Below are positions 45,254 through 56,347 of a stretch of DNA of 64,000 nucleotides, piece after piece; the first letter of the stretch is position 1; every line of letters begins with the position of its first letter. Both the position numbers and the translations under genes were made by a program. Under the pieces are notes generated by a model. It had not been told where the DNA came from and made no database searches. It saw only the letters and a program-made list of their open reading frames with translations. This stretch comes from Trueperaceae bacterium (GTDB taxonomy: Bacteria; Deinococcota; Deinococci; Deinococcales; Trueperaceae): NCBI GenBank assembly GCA_965213925.1, contig OZ243927.1, positions 4,064,001-4,128,000 of the forward strand, given 5' to 3'.

Positions 45254-45613
45254 CTAGGCGCGGCGTCTGGGGTCAGGTAAGCGCTTCTTGTCTCTTCGGT
45301 TGTCGTCTCTATTATCGTCATCCTTCGCGTCGTCCGAACGGTCAGGAATCACAGGCGTTTCGGGCTCCTCGCCTAGCTCGATCAGACGACGTTCCAGCTT
45401 TCTGTTCTCGCGGCTGAGCCGCCAAATCCGCCCGAACGACGCGCCCCACCCTGCCAGAAAACTGAGGATAATCGTGATGGTTAAGACGAGCGCCGTCGGT
45501 AACGGCAACAAAAAGGGCAGGATGATCGTCTGCGGGTTGATGTTGTGCAAAATCAGCAGATAGGCGATCAGCGCGAGCACCAAGATGAGCTGAACGATTC
45601 GAATGACTTTCAA
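45254..45613 (-). CDS. LapA-like (DUF1049) membrane protein
   Basis: Two TM helices followed by a coiled-coil/charged tail. Confidence 0.65.
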   Translation of the reverse strand: MKVIRIVQLILVLALIAYLLILHNINPQTIILPFLLPLPTALVLTITIILSFLAGWGASFGRIWRLSRENRKLERRLIELGEEPETPVIPDRSDDAKDDDNRDDNRRDKKRLPDPRRRA

Positions 45614-45781
45614 GACGAACCTCCGTTACGCTAGTTTAGCGCACCTTAGCGCCTAGCGGGAGGGAATCAGCACGAAGAGAGAGAAAAGAGAAAAGGACTG
45701 TTACGAAGTTTTTGCAGAGCAAAGGGACTGAGGTTAAAGTTTTTCACTTTCCTCTCAGTCCTCAGTCCTTTCAACTCGCTT

Positions 45782-47341
45782 TTATCTCGCTTCCGCCCGC
45801 CCTCTTTGCCTACGTCTATTCGGCTTGCCCTGCGGCTTGCTTCTAGGCTTGGCAAGGGGCGCTCTGGCTTTGCGGACGTTCAAGGTCTCGACGCTGAGGT
45901 CTGCTTTGTCGGGGCGAACGTCCGCGTACGCGCCTTTGACGGTCAACTCGATGCGCCCAAGCTCGCCCGCGTCGGCGTCTTTGAGTTGGCGCACCACGTG
46001 ACCCACCGTGCCGATGTTGCCTTCTAAACCGAGCGTCACCCAACCCTCTTCACCTGTGAGGAGGCTTTTGGGCGCAGGTGCGCCGCCTAAGAGGAGGGCG
46101 AAAAGTCCGGCTAACGTCTCGCTGTCGCCGCTCTCCAGTAGCTCCTCCGCCGTTTCGCGCCAGAAGGTTTTGTCCTCTTCGGACTGCGACTGGGCGTTGC
46201 TAAGAAGACGCTCGAGTTTAAGGTCTTGCACCCGCTCAGGCGTCGGCGCGGCGGTTTTGGTGAACTTGCGGGCGACGGCACGCTCGAGGAGCGCCAAGTC
46301 GCGCTTTTCGCGGGTTCCGTAGAGAAGGACGACGGTCCCTTCGCGCCCCGCCCGCCCGGTGCGCCCAGAGCGGTGCTGATAGGCGTCGGTGTCGCTCGGG
46401 ATACGGTAGTGGACGACTAAATCCACCTCGGGAATGTCCAGACCTCTCGCCGCCACGTTCGTGCCGATGAGCGCATTCACCTGTCCCGAACGAAACCGCG
46501 CCAAAACGCGCTCACGCTGGGTCTGGTTGAGGTCGCCGTGGATGGCTTCTGCGCCGTGACCGTTCGCGTTCAGCTCTTTAGCGAGCTTATCTACCTCGGC
46601 TTTGGTATGCGTGAAGATGATGGTCTTCTCGCCGTGGTGCGCGTGCAAGAGGTCGGACAAGATGCCGAGGCGCTGGTTCACGTTCGCTTCGATCGCCAAC
46701 TCCTCGTAGCTGACCTCCTCTTCGCGCATGAGGTCGGCGTGCTCGGGGTCTTTGAGGTGCTTTTTCGCCAAGTTCTTCGCCCAGCGCGGCAGCGTCGCGG
46801 AGAAGAACATCGTCTGACGCTCGTTCGGCGTGGCGGCGAGGAGCGTTTCCACGTCCTCTTCGAAGCCCATCGAGAGCATCTCGTCGGCTTCATCTAAGAC
46901 GACGAATTGAACGCCCCTAAGGTCCAAAACCCCGCGCTGCATGTAGTCGATCGCCCGCCCCGGCGTCGCCACGACGATGTCACAGCCGCGCTTGAGGTCC
47001 GAGGCTTGCTTGCCGTAGCCCGTGCCGCCGTAGACCGTCACGACGCTGAGATGCGGCGCGACCCACTCGAGTTCGCCCGCGACTTGCAGCGCCAACTCGC
47101 GGGTTGGCGTGAGGATAAAGGCTCGAGGCGCACGGCCTTTAGTTCTGTTTGCCTCTAAACCGCTCGCCATCGGCAGACCGAACGCTAAGGTTTTACCTGT
47201 TCCCGTGCGGGCTTGTCCTAAAATGTCGCGTCCCGCTAAGGAGTGGGGCAGCGTCGCCGCTTGAATCGGGGTGGGTGTGGTGAAGTTTTTAGCTTGAAGG
47301 GTTTTGAGTACGTTTTCGGATAAGGTGTAGTCAGTAAACAT
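45782..47341 (-). CDS. DEAD-box RNA helicase
   Basis: ARTGTGKT, PTRELA, DEAD, SAT, ARGLD, HRSGRTGR. Confidence 0.95.
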   Translation of the reverse strand: MFTDYTLSENVLKTLQAKNFTTPTPIQAATLPHSLAGRDILGQARTGTGKTLAFGLPMASGLEANRTKGRAPRAFILTPTRELALQVAGELEWVAPHLSVVTVYGGTGYGKQASDLKRGCDIVVATPGRAIDYMQRGVLDLRGVQFVVLDEADEMLSMGFEEDVETLLAATPNERQTMFFSATLPRWAKNLAKKHLKDPEHADLMREEEVSYEELAIEANVNQRLGILSDLLHAHHGEKTIIFTHTKAEVDKLAKELNANGHGAEAIHGDLNQTQRERVLARFRSGQVNALIGTNVAARGLDIPEVDLVVHYRIPSDTDAYQHRSGRTGRAGREGTVVLLYGTREKRDLALLERAVARKFTKTAAPTPERVQDLKLERLLSNAQSQSEEDKTFWRETAEELLESGDSETLAGLFALLLGGAPAPKSLLTGEEGWVTLGLEGNIGTVGHVVRQLKDADAGELGRIELTVKGAYADVRPDKADLSVETLNVRKARAPLAKPRSKPQGKPNRRRQRGRAEAR

Positions 47342-47707
47342 AGATGACCTTTCATGTCATTAGGTGTCAGTCGAAAACAGCCGTAGAGGGCGTCACACTA
47401 CGACCGTGACACGGTTTGTGTGTGACATAAAGCTAAACTGTAAAGACCAGATCGAAACCAAGTTGTAAGTAAGAAAAAAAGTAATGAAGGGCGGAAAAAA
47501 GGCGTTGAGTTGAGAAACCGGGGACAGAGAATACGTATGCGCTCCCTCGTTCTCTCTCATGCGCCTTGCATCCTCAGATACCGTCTATCGAGATAACATC
47601 GGTATCAATATTGCCACTGAAATATGCTGCACCATCAGCCATTTACGCTGACTTATGAAAAGCGTAACACAGAAACAAGGGGCGCGTGTGTTCTGGATGT
47701 GATCAAG

Positions 47708-47770
47708 TAGCAGTTCCAAAACATACTGAGACGGATGAGCACAGATATCATCTCCGAATGTGCGTGCTAG
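47708..47770 (+). repeat. Dispersed repeat family A, copy 6 (5' half)
   Basis: TAGCAGTTCCAAAACATACTGAGACGGATGAGCACAGATATCATCT..TGTGCGTGCT. Confidence 0.8.
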
Positions 47771-47986
47771 TTACGCAGTTTGCTGTCTAGCAATGCCGAT
47801 AGTCTAGCGCAGCACCGAGTATTCAACCTTCTCGGATGCTAGCCGCGCTCGTCAGGCAACCTTACCACCTCAAGAGGAATTCGGTACTTCTCTACGGGTA
47901 CATTTATATCTCGTGTGAGACTACTGGTTAGCTAGTACATTTGCGTCTCGCGAGAGTTCTATGAAAATGGTTAAGATAAAGAGGTC

Positions 47987-48133
47987 ATGGATTCCTTTGC
48001 TGCTGCTACAACAGGTTTGATTTTAGGTCTATTTTTAGGTATCGCGCTCGGTGTACCCGCTGCTGCGCCTCTCTTGGCGGTAGGGGGCGGCGTCGCCGGA
48101 TATGCGTTTGTGAATAGGTTGAAAACGCGCTAG
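47987..48133 (+). CDS. Small hydrophobic glycine-rich membrane protein, 48 aa
   Basis: TAAGAT plus GAGG upstream; MDSFAAATTGLILGLFLGIALGVPAAAPLLAVGGGVAGYAFVNRLKTR. Confidence 0.6.
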   Translation: MDSFAAATTGLILGLFLGIALGVPAAAPLLAVGGGVAGYAFVNRLKTR

Positions 48134-48262
48134 CGGGCTCAAAGTTATTTTGTAAGAAGATAGCAATGAGCAACGAGCAATGAGTGAAAATCCAAGCTCA
48201 CTGCTCTAGTTCTGTAGCTTGCTAGAAACGCTAAGTCGTAAGAGTTGTTAGACTAACTGATT

Positions 48263-49387
48263 GTGAGTACGGTTTATCCTAATCCAGAAGTCACGCCCCG
48301 TCCGAGCGTAGACACGCCGAAAGTCCTCTGCGCCATGTCGGGCGGCGTGGATTCGTCGGTTGCGACCTCTTTATTACAAGAACAAGGCTTCGAGGTCGTT
48401 GGCTCCATGCTGCGCTTCTGGCCCGATGACCGCCCGAGGGGGTCCTTCGACCTCTGCTGCAGCCCCGGCGCAGCCTACGACGCGCGGCGCATCGCGGATA
48501 AAATAGACGTACCCTTCTACCTCTTGGACTACCGCGACAAGTTCGACGAAATCGTCGTGGACCCCTTTATCCCGACCTATCAAAAAGGCGAAACGCCCAA
48601 CCCCTGTGTCTGGTGCAACCGCGACATCAAGTTCGGCTCGTTTGTGAAGCGCGCGCAGATGCTCGGCTGCGAGTTCATGGCGACGGGTCACTACGTGCGC
48701 CGCGTGGATGGACCGGACGGTGTAGAGCTTCATAGAGGGCGCGACGACTCCAAAGACCAAACCTATTTTTTGTGGGCGTTGCCTCGAGACATCCTCCCAT
48801 ACCTCCTCTTCCCGCTAGGCGAACTGACCAAAGATGAGGTGCGCGACATGGCTTCCGAGCGCGATTTCATGGTGGCGGAGAAGCCTTCCTCGAGCGGCTT
48901 ATGCTTCATCACCTCGTCGGTCAAGAACTACCTGTCTGAGTTTAGCGAGCCCAACCCCGGTCCGATTTTGGATGCGTTAGATGATTACAAAGAGATTGGA
49001 CAGCATAACGGCGTTCAGTTTTATACGATTGGACAGCGCAAGGGGCTAGGGCTCTATCACTCGCATTTAGAGCGTTTCGTCACCGATATTCGCGGTGAGG
49101 ATAACGCCATCGTCGTCGGCAGCAGAGAGATGTGCTACGCCGACACGCTCCGCGCTAAGAACGCGAGCTTTCTTACCGACATAGATAAACTCCCGCAAGA
49201 GGTCATGGCGCAGACGCGCTACCGCCAGAAGCCTGTGCAGGCGAGGCTCGAGCTGACTAGCGACACCTCGTTTGACCTTCACTTTGAGGAGCCCGTCTTT
49301 GCGATTACGAAGGGGCAGTCGGCGGTGATGTATGACGGGGAGCGGTTGTTGGGTGGCGGGGTGATTCAGGGGCAGCTACATCTTTAG
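48263..49387 (+). CDS. mnmA: tRNA 2-thiouridine(34) synthase
   Basis: AMSGGVDSS, TPNPCVWCN, ATGHY, KDQTYFL, YTIGQRKGL, GQSAV. Confidence 0.96.
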   Translation: MSTVYPNPEVTPRPSVDTPKVLCAMSGGVDSSVATSLLQEQGFEVVGSMLRFWPDDRPRGSFDLCCSPGAAYDARRIADKIDVPFYLLDYRDKFDEIVVDPFIPTYQKGETPNPCVWCNRDIKFGSFVKRAQMLGCEFMATGHYVRRVDGPDGVELHRGRDDSKDQTYFLWALPRDILPYLLFPLGELTKDEVRDMASERDFMVAEKPSSSGLCFITSSVKNYLSEFSEPNPGPILDALDDYKEIGQHNGVQFYTIGQRKGLGLYHSHLERFVTDIRGEDNAIVVGSREMCYADTLRAKNASFLTDIDKLPQEVMAQTRYRQKPVQARLELTSDTSFDLHFEEPVFAITKGQSAVMYDGERLLGGGVIQGQLHL

Positions 49388-49424
49388 GGAACTGACACAG
49401 TCCCCTAAAGATGTAGGCTTCTTG

Positions 49425-49545
49425 TGCCAAGATAAGATCACCCCGCGCTTGGTGTGGGAGCAGGTCAAAGGCGACATCGTACTGAGCGAACAGGGCTATG
49501 TGCTGTTTGATGATGTGGTGCTGGACGAACGCCATAGCCGCAAAG
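49425..49545 (+). pseudogene. IS701-family transposase fragment
   Basis: KITPRLVWEQVKGDIVLSEQGYVLFDDVVLDERHSRK resembles the N-terminal DDE region of IS701 transposases. Confidence 0.65.
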
Positions 49546-49641
49546 TTGATGATAGTGAAGGCGCACAGGGACATAGGCGCGTTGACAACCTCCGCGGGTC
49601 AGAAAATGAGATGCAGCGCGGCAAACTCATATAGGTATCGG

Positions 49642-50172
49642 CTACGTCCAAAAGAGGTCCGTACGAATCACGCCTTTATCCGGTAGGTGGGAAAGCGCGT
49701 CGCAAGCGCCCTCTCCGGTAACGGGATGCCGCCACGCCAAGTTCACCTCGCGCACGACTTCACAGAGCGGCCCTAGCACAAAAGCGCGTTCCATCATACG
49801 GGGGTGTGGGAGGGTTAGATATTCGCTCTGCGTGACCTCTTCACTGAAGGTGAGCAAGTCGAGGTCTAAAGTGCGCGCGCCCCAGCGGACGCGGCGTTCG
49901 CGACCCCTTTGAGCCTCGAGACCCAAAAGCTGCTCCAACAACACCTCGGGTTCAGCCGTCCTAGGTTCCAGGGCAACCACCGCGTTGAGATAGTCCGGCT
50001 GACCTTCCGGGCCGCCGACGGGCGCGGTTCGGTAGAGGCTCGAGCTTGCTATCACCTCTCCCAAACGTTCCAAACTCTGCCGAGCCCACCTGAGATGCTC
50101 TAAAGGCTCACCTAAGTTACTTCCTAGAGCGATAAATGCGAGCGTTTTAGCGACGGCGCGTGACCTCGACAT
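49642..50172 (-). CDS. folK: 2-amino-4-hydroxy-6-hydroxymethyldihydropteridine diphosphokinase
   Basis: IALGSNLG, DYLNAV, RWGARTLDLDLL, LPHPR..RAFVL. Confidence 0.95.
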   Translation of the reverse strand: MSRSRAVAKTLAFIALGSNLGEPLEHLRWARQSLERLGEVIASSSLYRTAPVGGPEGQPDYLNAVVALEPRTAEPEVLLEQLLGLEAQRGRERRVRWGARTLDLDLLTFSEEVTQSEYLTLPHPRMMERAFVLGPLCEVVREVNLAWRHPVTGEGACDALSHLPDKGVIRTDLFWT

Positions 50173-50497
50173 AGACGCCCCGCACGACGCCGGGCAGCGG
50201 CGCGTTAGGTTTGCGGACGCGCACCAGCGCGGCGTGGATGAGCGGCTCTTCGCTGAGTAGCTGCGTAGCGATGTGGTGCGCCAACGCCTCGATGAGCTTA
50301 AAGCGCTCGCCCTGCACGGTGCGCTGCACGAGGTCGTAGACCGCGCCGTAATCCACCGTTCGGCTGAGCATGTCCACCTCGGGCAGCGGCAAGGAGAGTT
50401 CGACGTCCACTACAAAGCGCGCGCCTAGCGTATTCTCCTCGTCGAAGACGCCGTGGTAGGCGTAGAACTCCATGCCGGAGAGGACGATTTTATCCAT
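50147..50497 (-). CDS. folB: Dihydroneopterin aldolase
   Basis: FYAYHGV..EE..TVDYG..LIEALA..KP. Confidence 0.95.
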   Translation of the reverse strand: MDKIVLSGMEFYAYHGVFDEENTLGARFVVDVELSLPLPEVDMLSRTVDYGAVYDLVQRTVQGERFKLIEALAHHIATQLLSEEPLIHAALVRVRKPNAPLPGVVRGVYVEVTRRR

Positions 50498-51386
50498 CTT
50501 GTCCCAATTCATCCTGGATATTCGAATCCTGAGCTAGGGCGTTCCAGACCTTGAGCGCCTGCGCGTGCGCCGGAACGTTATGGACGCGCAGGAGCGCCGC
50601 GCCGCGCCCTGCCGCGAAGAGGTGAAAGGCGACGGAGCCGGGGTCGCGTAGGGCGGCGTTTTGTACACCTGTCAACGCTCCGATGGTCCCTTTGCGTGAC
50701 GCGCCTAAAAGGACCGGGTAGGGGCAAGCGGTGAGGGTGCCGAGGCGGCGGGTTAGCTCGAGGTTATGCGCTAACGTCTTGCCGAAGCCGATACCGGGGT
50801 CGAGAAGGGCGCTCGGCACGCCTGCGCCGAGCGCACGCTGCGCCTTCTCCGTCAGGTACGTAAAGACCTCTTCGCTCACGTTCTCGTATAGAGGGTCGCG
50901 CTGCATCGTCTGCGGACTTCCCTGCATGTGCATAATGACGGCGGGGACGCCCTCCTCGGCGCAGACTTTCACCATCGCCGCGTCGCGTAGTCCGCGCACG
51001 TCGTTCACCATGTTCGCGCCGGCGCGAACCGCCTCTAGCGCCACTTCGGGCTTATACGTATCCACGCTGATGAGCGCGTCCGTCTCCTCGCGCAACGCTC
51101 GGATGACGGGGCGCACGCGGTCTAATTCTTCTGCTGCGCCTACAGGCTCAGCGCCGGGGCGCGTCGATTCGCCGCCGACGTCGAGGATGAGCGCACCCGC
51201 CGCCAGCATCTGCGCCGCTTGCGCGCGCGCCGCCTCTAACGCCGTGAACGCGCCGCCGTCGCTGAAGCTGTCCGGCGTCACGTTCAAGATACCCATGAGC
51301 GCCGCGCCCTGCCAGCGGAGCGCGTAGCCCTGGGCGTCCCGTTCGGTCCGCGGGGTTGGTTTCGTAAAGCGTAGTTCGTGCGTCAC
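50490..51386 (-). CDS. folP: Dihydropteroate synthase
   Basis: MGILNVTPDSFSDGG, GGESTRPG, DPGIGFGK, SRK, RVHNV. Confidence 0.96.
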   Translation of the reverse strand: MTHELRFTKPTPRTERDAQGYALRWQGAALMGILNVTPDSFSDGGAFTALEAARAQAAQMLAAGALILDVGGESTRPGAEPVGAAEELDRVRPVIRALREETDALISVDTYKPEVALEAVRAGANMVNDVRGLRDAAMVKVCAEEGVPAVIMHMQGSPQTMQRDPLYENVSEEVFTYLTEKAQRALGAGVPSALLDPGIGFGKTLAHNLELTRRLGTLTACPYPVLLGASRKGTIGALTGVQNAALRDPGSVAFHLFAAGRGAALLRVHNVPAHAQALKVWNALAQDSNIQDELGQDG

Positions 51387-51439
51387 GCGGGCTATCGTAG
51401 CACGTGGGGCGTCCGGTGCCGGACGCCCTTTAGCGAGCG

Positions 51440-54400
51440 TCAGGTCGCCTGGACGGTGTCGCGAGAGGCGCTCTCTTTAAGCGGTACGTTCACCCTGAGC
51501 GTCGTACCCTCGCCCGGCTCCGAATGCACCTCTAAGTTGCCCGCTAAGAGCCCGACGACTTGCTCCTCTAAACCGACCAAGCCGAAGTGCCGGTCGCGAG
51601 CGAACAAGCTGAGACGCTCGGGCACCTCGAAACCCGCGCCGTCATCGGAAACGCTCAGCGCCGCGTGCGTTTGCTCGGTGCTGAGTGTGATGCAGACCTC
51701 GCTGGCGTCGGCGTGTTTAAGCGTATTGCGCAGCGCCTCTTGCACCACGCGGAAAAGGATTTGCGCGACGACGAGGGGCAAGCGCTGTTTGAGCGAGATG
51801 TCGAGCGAGATATCGGGACCTTTCGGGCTCGCCTCCTCGACCTGCTTGGCGTAGATTTCCAGGGTGTTTTTAAGCCCTAGCTCCTCCAACCCGGGCGTGC
51901 GCAGCTCGCCGATGGTGTGGCGCAAGCGGCTCACGAGCCGCAGCACGCCGTCGCGGTGCACCTGTATCTCGTCCGCGAACGCCGCGTCTTTGCCGCGCTT
52001 CGAGAGCGCCAAGCCCTGCGCGATGCCGATGAGTTCTTGGATGGCGTCGTCGTGGAGGTCGCGGGCTAAAGCGATGCGCTCCTCTTCGCGGATTTCGCCC
52101 AGCTTGCGGCGCACGGTGGCGAGTTCTTCCTCGACGCGCCGCCGCTCGGTCACGTCCTCCAAGATGAGCAGCGCGTGCCCTTCGCCGCCGAACTCGATGA
52201 TCTCTAATGAAGCGTGTAAAAAGCGCTCGCCGCCGTTCTTCTTGTCGATCGTCAGCTCTAAGAGCCGCGCTTTTTGTTGCGCCTCGAGCATCTTTTTGAG
52301 CGACGCGGGCGCGGCTTCGTCTTGCCAGATATCTAGCTCGAAGATGGACGCTTCCATCAGCTCGCCCCGCGCGTAGCCCAAGACCGCCTCGCACTGCGCG
52401 TTCACGTCGGTGACGACGCCTCTGTCCAAGATGAGCAAACATGTCGCGCTCGACCCCTGCTCGAAGACCGCTCGGAAACGCTCCTCGGAGGCGCGGAGTT
52501 CGTCCTCCGCCTCTTTGCGCGCCGTCGTGTCGCGCACCATCGCCAAGCCGCCGACTATACCGCCCGCGTCGTCGTGGAGCGGCGCGTAATTCGCGGAGAA
52601 AAACCCCTCTTGCCCCGTCGCCAAGACGGTGTAGGGCTGGTCTTGCGTCCTGGGGCGCTCACCCGCCAAGGTCGCGCGCTGCACATCCATCTCGCCTATC
52701 TCTTCTAAAAAGGGAAAGACCTCGTGCGCCTTTTCGCCGAGGACACCTGCCGCCGCCATCCCCGTCATACGCTCCATGCCGGGGTTCCAGACCGTGTAGC
52801 GGTGTTCAAAGTCGAAGGCGAGAACGCCGTCCACGCTGCTGCTGATGAGTTGCTCGGTGAACTCTTTTTCGCGCTGCAAGGCGAGTTCAGCCTCTTTGCG
52901 CTCGGTGATAGGCAGGGCGGTGCCGATAATCCTATAGACCTTGCCTGCGGCGTCCGCCACCGGGTTAAGGGTAACGAACCACCACATGTCTTCGTCGGTC
53001 AGAGAGACGTTGGTTTCAAACTCGAGCCGCTGGTTCGTCTCGGCGCACGTTCGGTGCTTGCGCTTATGCCGCTCTAGCGTCCCGATAGGCGAACGCTTGA
53101 GAAGTTCTTCTAAAGTTTTACCCTCGACATCGCTCGCGCCCACCCCCGCGAAGCGCTCAAAAGCAGGGTTGACGTCCATATAGGTCATCGTTTCGGCGTC
53201 CATCACGTAGACCGCCAGGCTGACCTCGTTATAGATACTCTGCAAGAACGCGCGCTGCTCCCTGAGTTGCGTGTTCGCGGTCTGAAGTTCCTCGGTGCGC
53301 TCGGCGACGCGCCTCTCTAGCCCTTCATTCGCCCTCTGCAAGTCGCGCTCGGCGTTGTGACGAATGACCGCCTGAGCTAGCACGTTGGCGACGGCTCGGA
53401 CGAAGGTCACGTCGTCTTGGGAAAAGACGCGCTGCGTTTTGGTGTGCACGCCTAGTACGCCGTAAGGTCTCCCTTGCCCCTCGATGATGACGCTGATACC
53501 GCTGACCACGCGATGCTCGCTGAGGAGCGCGGAACCCGAAAAGCGCGTCTCTTCAGCGAACGTTTCAACGACAACGGGTTCTTCCGAATGGAGCGTATAC
53601 CCCGCCTGCGAGTCTAAGTCGTCACTGACTTTCGCAGTGCCCGCGAGCCCCTCGCGCCAGCCGACGCCCGCGCGTAGCAGAAGGGCTCCCTCGCCTGGCA
53701 GGTGCTTTAAGACCTTACAGAAGTCCGCGTCCAAGGTCTCGGCGACGCGCGTTGCGGCGCTGTCCATGAGCACCTGCGCGTCTACGCCCGCTAGCGCCTG
53801 CTGTCCGAGCCTCGCGACGACGTCTTGCTGCTGGGCGCGGCGCTCGGCTTGGCGCTGCGCCGCCTCCAACTCGGTCACGTCGAAGAGCGTCACCACCACG
53901 CCGTCGATGCGGTTGTCGACGGTGCGGTACGGCAGGAGCTTGACGATGTAAAACGCGCCGTCCTTGCTCTCTAGCTCGAGTTCTTGCGCGTGGAGCGTCT
54001 CTAAAACCTCGGTTACGTCTTCCTCCAAGGTGTTGTATCTGAGGTTGTGCGACACGTGACCAAAAGGTCTGCCGACATCCTCGGAGATGAGGTTAAAGAC
54101 CTCTGTCGCACGCGGCGTGTAGCGCTTGAGACGCAGGTTGCTGTCCAGAAAGAGCGTGCCGATGTCGGTGCTGGCGATCAAGTTTTCCAGGTCGCTGTTC
54201 GACTGGTTGAGTTCTTCTATCTTGTTGCGCAGTTCCTGGTTGACCGTGACCAGCTCTTCGTTGGTGGACTGAAGCTCCTCGCGCGAGGTCTCTAGCTCCT
54301 CGGCGGTGGACTTCGTCTCCTCGTTCATCGACTGCAGCTCCTCGTTCGAGGCGCGCAGCTCCTCGTTGGAGGTCTCCAACTCTTCGATAGTGGTCTGCAG

Positions 54401-56347
54401 CGACTCGCGGGTGCTCCTCAGTTCGTCCTCTAACTGACGGGCGAGTTCGCCCTGCGCCTCACCGGTGTTCGTGCTGGTTACGTCGGCAAGTTCGCTGGGG
54501 GCTCGCTCTTCTAATACGATAATCGCAAAGCGCGTCTCATCCTCTAGCGGGCGTACGGTGAGGCTGAGCGTCAGTGTATCGCCCTCATCTTGAAAGGAGA
54601 CGCGCTTGTCCTCGGTGATTTTATCTCGGCGAAAAAGGCGGTAGAGCGCGCTGCGCAGCTCGAGGCTCAAGTTGCCCCGCGCGAGCTGCACGACGTTTTG
54701 CGTCGGCTCCCCCTCGGGCTGCTCCAGATACTTGCCCGTGCGCCCCGAGGTGTAGGCAATGTCATGGGCGTCGTTGACGACGATATAGGTAGGCGCGTAG
54801 TGCTTTAAGACAAAGCGCTTGGCGAGGCTGCCGGGGTCGTCCTCTTTCTTGTCTTTGGATTCGGACGTATCCTTCGTCGGCAGCGTAAAGGGGTAGCTCG
54901 CTTGCGCCTGCGCCGCATCTCGGCGCACGAAGAGCTTCGCCTTACGGTCCACCTCGCCAAAGAGGTTGGACGCTTTGCCGAGCGACTCGGACGCGCCCAA
55001 AAAGAGGTAGCCGTTCTCTTTGAGCGCGTAGTGAAAGAGGTTGAACACGCGCTCTTGGAGTGGATTGTCCAGGTAGATGAGCAGGTTGCGGCAGGTGACG
55101 AGGTCAAGCCGGGAAAAGGGCGGGTCTTTGATGAGGTTGTGCGCGGTGAAGAGCACGTTTTCACGTAAGTCCTGGTTGACGCGGTAGTGGTCGCCTTCGG
55201 AGGTGAAAAAGCGCTTCAAGCGCTCTTTCGATACGTCCGTGGCGACCGAGTTAGGGTAGACGCCGCGCCGCGCGAATTCGAGTGCGCGCTCGTCGATATC
55301 CGAGGCGAACACCTGCAGCGTTTTGCGTTTCGGCTGCCGCGCGTTCGCCTCACTAAGGAGCATGGCCACCGAATACGCCTCCTCGCCCGTCGCGCAGCCC
55401 GTGACCCACACGCGCACACTCTCCCCCTCGCCCCCAAAGAGCTTGGGGATGATGCGGCGCTCGAACGTCTCGAACGCCTGCTTGTCCCGGAAAAAGTTCG
55501 TCACGCTGATTAAGAGTTCGCGGAAGAGGTTGTCCACCTCCGCCGAATTGTCGCGCAAGTAGGCTAGGTAGTCGCTCAGCTCACCCAGCTCCAAGACCTG
55601 CAGCCGCCGCCCGATGCGCCGGAAGACCGTGTTGCGCTTGTAGTACGAGAAGTCGTGACCCGTTTTGCTGCGCAGTTGCCCGAAAATTTTCTGCAGGGTC
55701 TCCGAATCGTCTTCGGGCAGCTTGCTCTCGCCGTCGGGTAGGTCCAGCGTCTCGGCGTGGCTTTTAACCTGAACGAGCTTGCCTGGTATCTGCGCGACGT
55801 CCAAGACAAAGTCCACGAGCCCCGTCGCCGCTGCGCTGCGGGGCATCCCGTCGTATTCGGCGTCCTCTTCGCGCTGTGCGAAGGTGAGCCCGCCCTTTTC
55901 CTTGATAGCTTTGAGCCCCTGCGTGCCGTCGGTGCCCGTACCCGACAAAATGACGCAGACCGCATTCGCACCCTGGTCTTCGGCTAAGGAGCGGAAGAAG
56001 AGGTCGATCATCGCGTGTGAACCGCGCTGTTCGCGCTCCGAGAGGCGAAGTTTGCCGCCGCTGATCTCCAGGTGCTTGTTCGGCGGGATGATGTAGACGC
56101 AGTTCGGCTCGACTTTGGGGCTGTCCTCGACTTGCGTGACCGGCATTGAGGTGTGGTTTTGGAGGAGTCCAGCCAACTCGCTGCGGTGGTTGGGGTCTAA
56201 GTGCTGCACCAACACGAACGCCATGCCGCTCTCCGCGTCTAAGTTCTTAAAAAACGTCTCGAACGCCTTTAAGCCGCCCGCCGACGCGCCGATGCCGACG
56301 ATAGGAAAGGTGTTTTGCGCGTTCGAATTCTCAGATGGTTTAGCCAT
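51440..56347 (-). CDS. CheB methylesterase-CheR methyltransferase-PAS/GAF-histidine kinase (HisKA_3 type) fusion
   Basis: GASAGG and LSGTGTDG (CheB); [26 protein letters not shown] (CheR); EELQS coiled coil; [29 protein letters not shown]. Confidence 0.9.
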   Translation of the reverse strand: MAKPSENSNAQNTFPIVGIGASAGGLKAFETFFKNLDAESGMAFVLVQHLDPNHRSELAGLLQNHTSMPVTQVEDSPKVEPNCVYIIPPNKHLEISGGKLRLSEREQRGSHAMIDLFFRSLAEDQGANAVCVILSGTGTDGTQGLKAIKEKGGLTFAQREEDAEYDGMPRSAAATGLVDFVLDVAQIPGKLVQVKSHAETLDLPDGESKLPEDDSETLQKIFGQLRSKTGHDFSYYKRNTVFRRIGRRLQVLELGELSDYLAYLRDNSAEVDNLFRELLISVTNFFRDKQAFETFERRIIPKLFGGEGESVRVWVTGCATGEEAYSVAMLLSEANARQPKRKTLQVFASDIDERALEFARRGVYPNSVATDVSKERLKRFFTSEGDHYRVNQDLRENVLFTAHNLIKDPPFSRLDLVTCRNLLIYLDNPLQERVFNLFHYALKENGYLFLGASESLGKASNLFGEVDRKAKLFVRRDAAQAQASYPFTLPTKDTSESKDKKEDDPGSLAKRFVLKHYAPTYIVVNDAHDIAYTSGRTGKYLEQPEGEPTQNVVQLARGNLSLELRSALYRLFRRDKITEDKRVSFQDEGDTLTLSLTVRPLEDETRFAIIVLEERAPSELADVTSTNTGEAQGELARQLEDELRSTRESLQTTIEELETSNEELRASNEELQSMNEETKSTAEELETSREELQSTNEELVTVNQELRNKIEELNQSNSDLENLIASTDIGTLFLDSNLRLKRYTPRATEVFNLISEDVGRPFGHVSHNLRYNTLEEDVTEVLETLHAQELELESKDGAFYIVKLLPYRTVDNRIDGVVVTLFDVTELEAAQRQAERRAQQQDVVARLGQQALAGVDAQVLMDSAATRVAETLDADFCKVLKHLPGEGALLLRAGVGWREGLAGTAKVSDDLDSQAGYTLHSEEPVVVETFAEETRFSGSALLSEHRVVSGISVIIEGQGRPYGVLGVHTKTQRVFSQDDVTFVRAVANVLAQAVIRHNAERDLQRANEGLERRVAERTEELQTANTQLREQRAFLQSIYNEVSLAVYVMDAETMTYMDVNPAFERFAGVGASDVEGKTLEELLKRSPIGTLERHKRKHRTCAETNQRLEFETNVSLTDEDMWWFVTLNPVADAAGKVYRIIGTALPITERKEAELALQREKEFTEQLISSSVDGVLAFDFEHRYTVWNPGMERMTGMAAAGVLGEKAHEVFPFLEEIGEMDVQRATLAGERPRTQDQPYTVLATGQEGFFSANYAPLHDDAGGIVGGLAMVRDTTARKEAEDELRASEERFRAVFEQGSSATCLLILDRGVVTDVNAQCEAVLGYARGELMEASIFELDIWQDEAAPASLKKMLEAQQKARLLELTIDKKNGGERFLHASLEIIEFGGEGHALLILEDVTERRRVEEELATVRRKLGEIREEERIALARDLHDDAIQELIGIAQGLALSKRGKDAAFADEIQVHRDGVLRLVSRLRHTIGELRTPGLEELGLKNTLEIYAKQVEEASPKGPDISLDISLKQRLPLVVAQILFRVVQEALRNTLKHADASEVCITLSTEQTHAALSVSDDGAGFEVPERLSLFARDRHFGLVGLEEQVVGLLAGNLEVHSEPGEGTTLRVNVPLKESASRDTVQAT

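Noticed and set aside
47713..47722. GTTCCAAAAC in repeat family A resembles the end of some type II CRISPR repeats
   Set aside because: The copies are dispersed and degenerate rather than regularly spaced with unique spacers, and there are no cas genes in the window.
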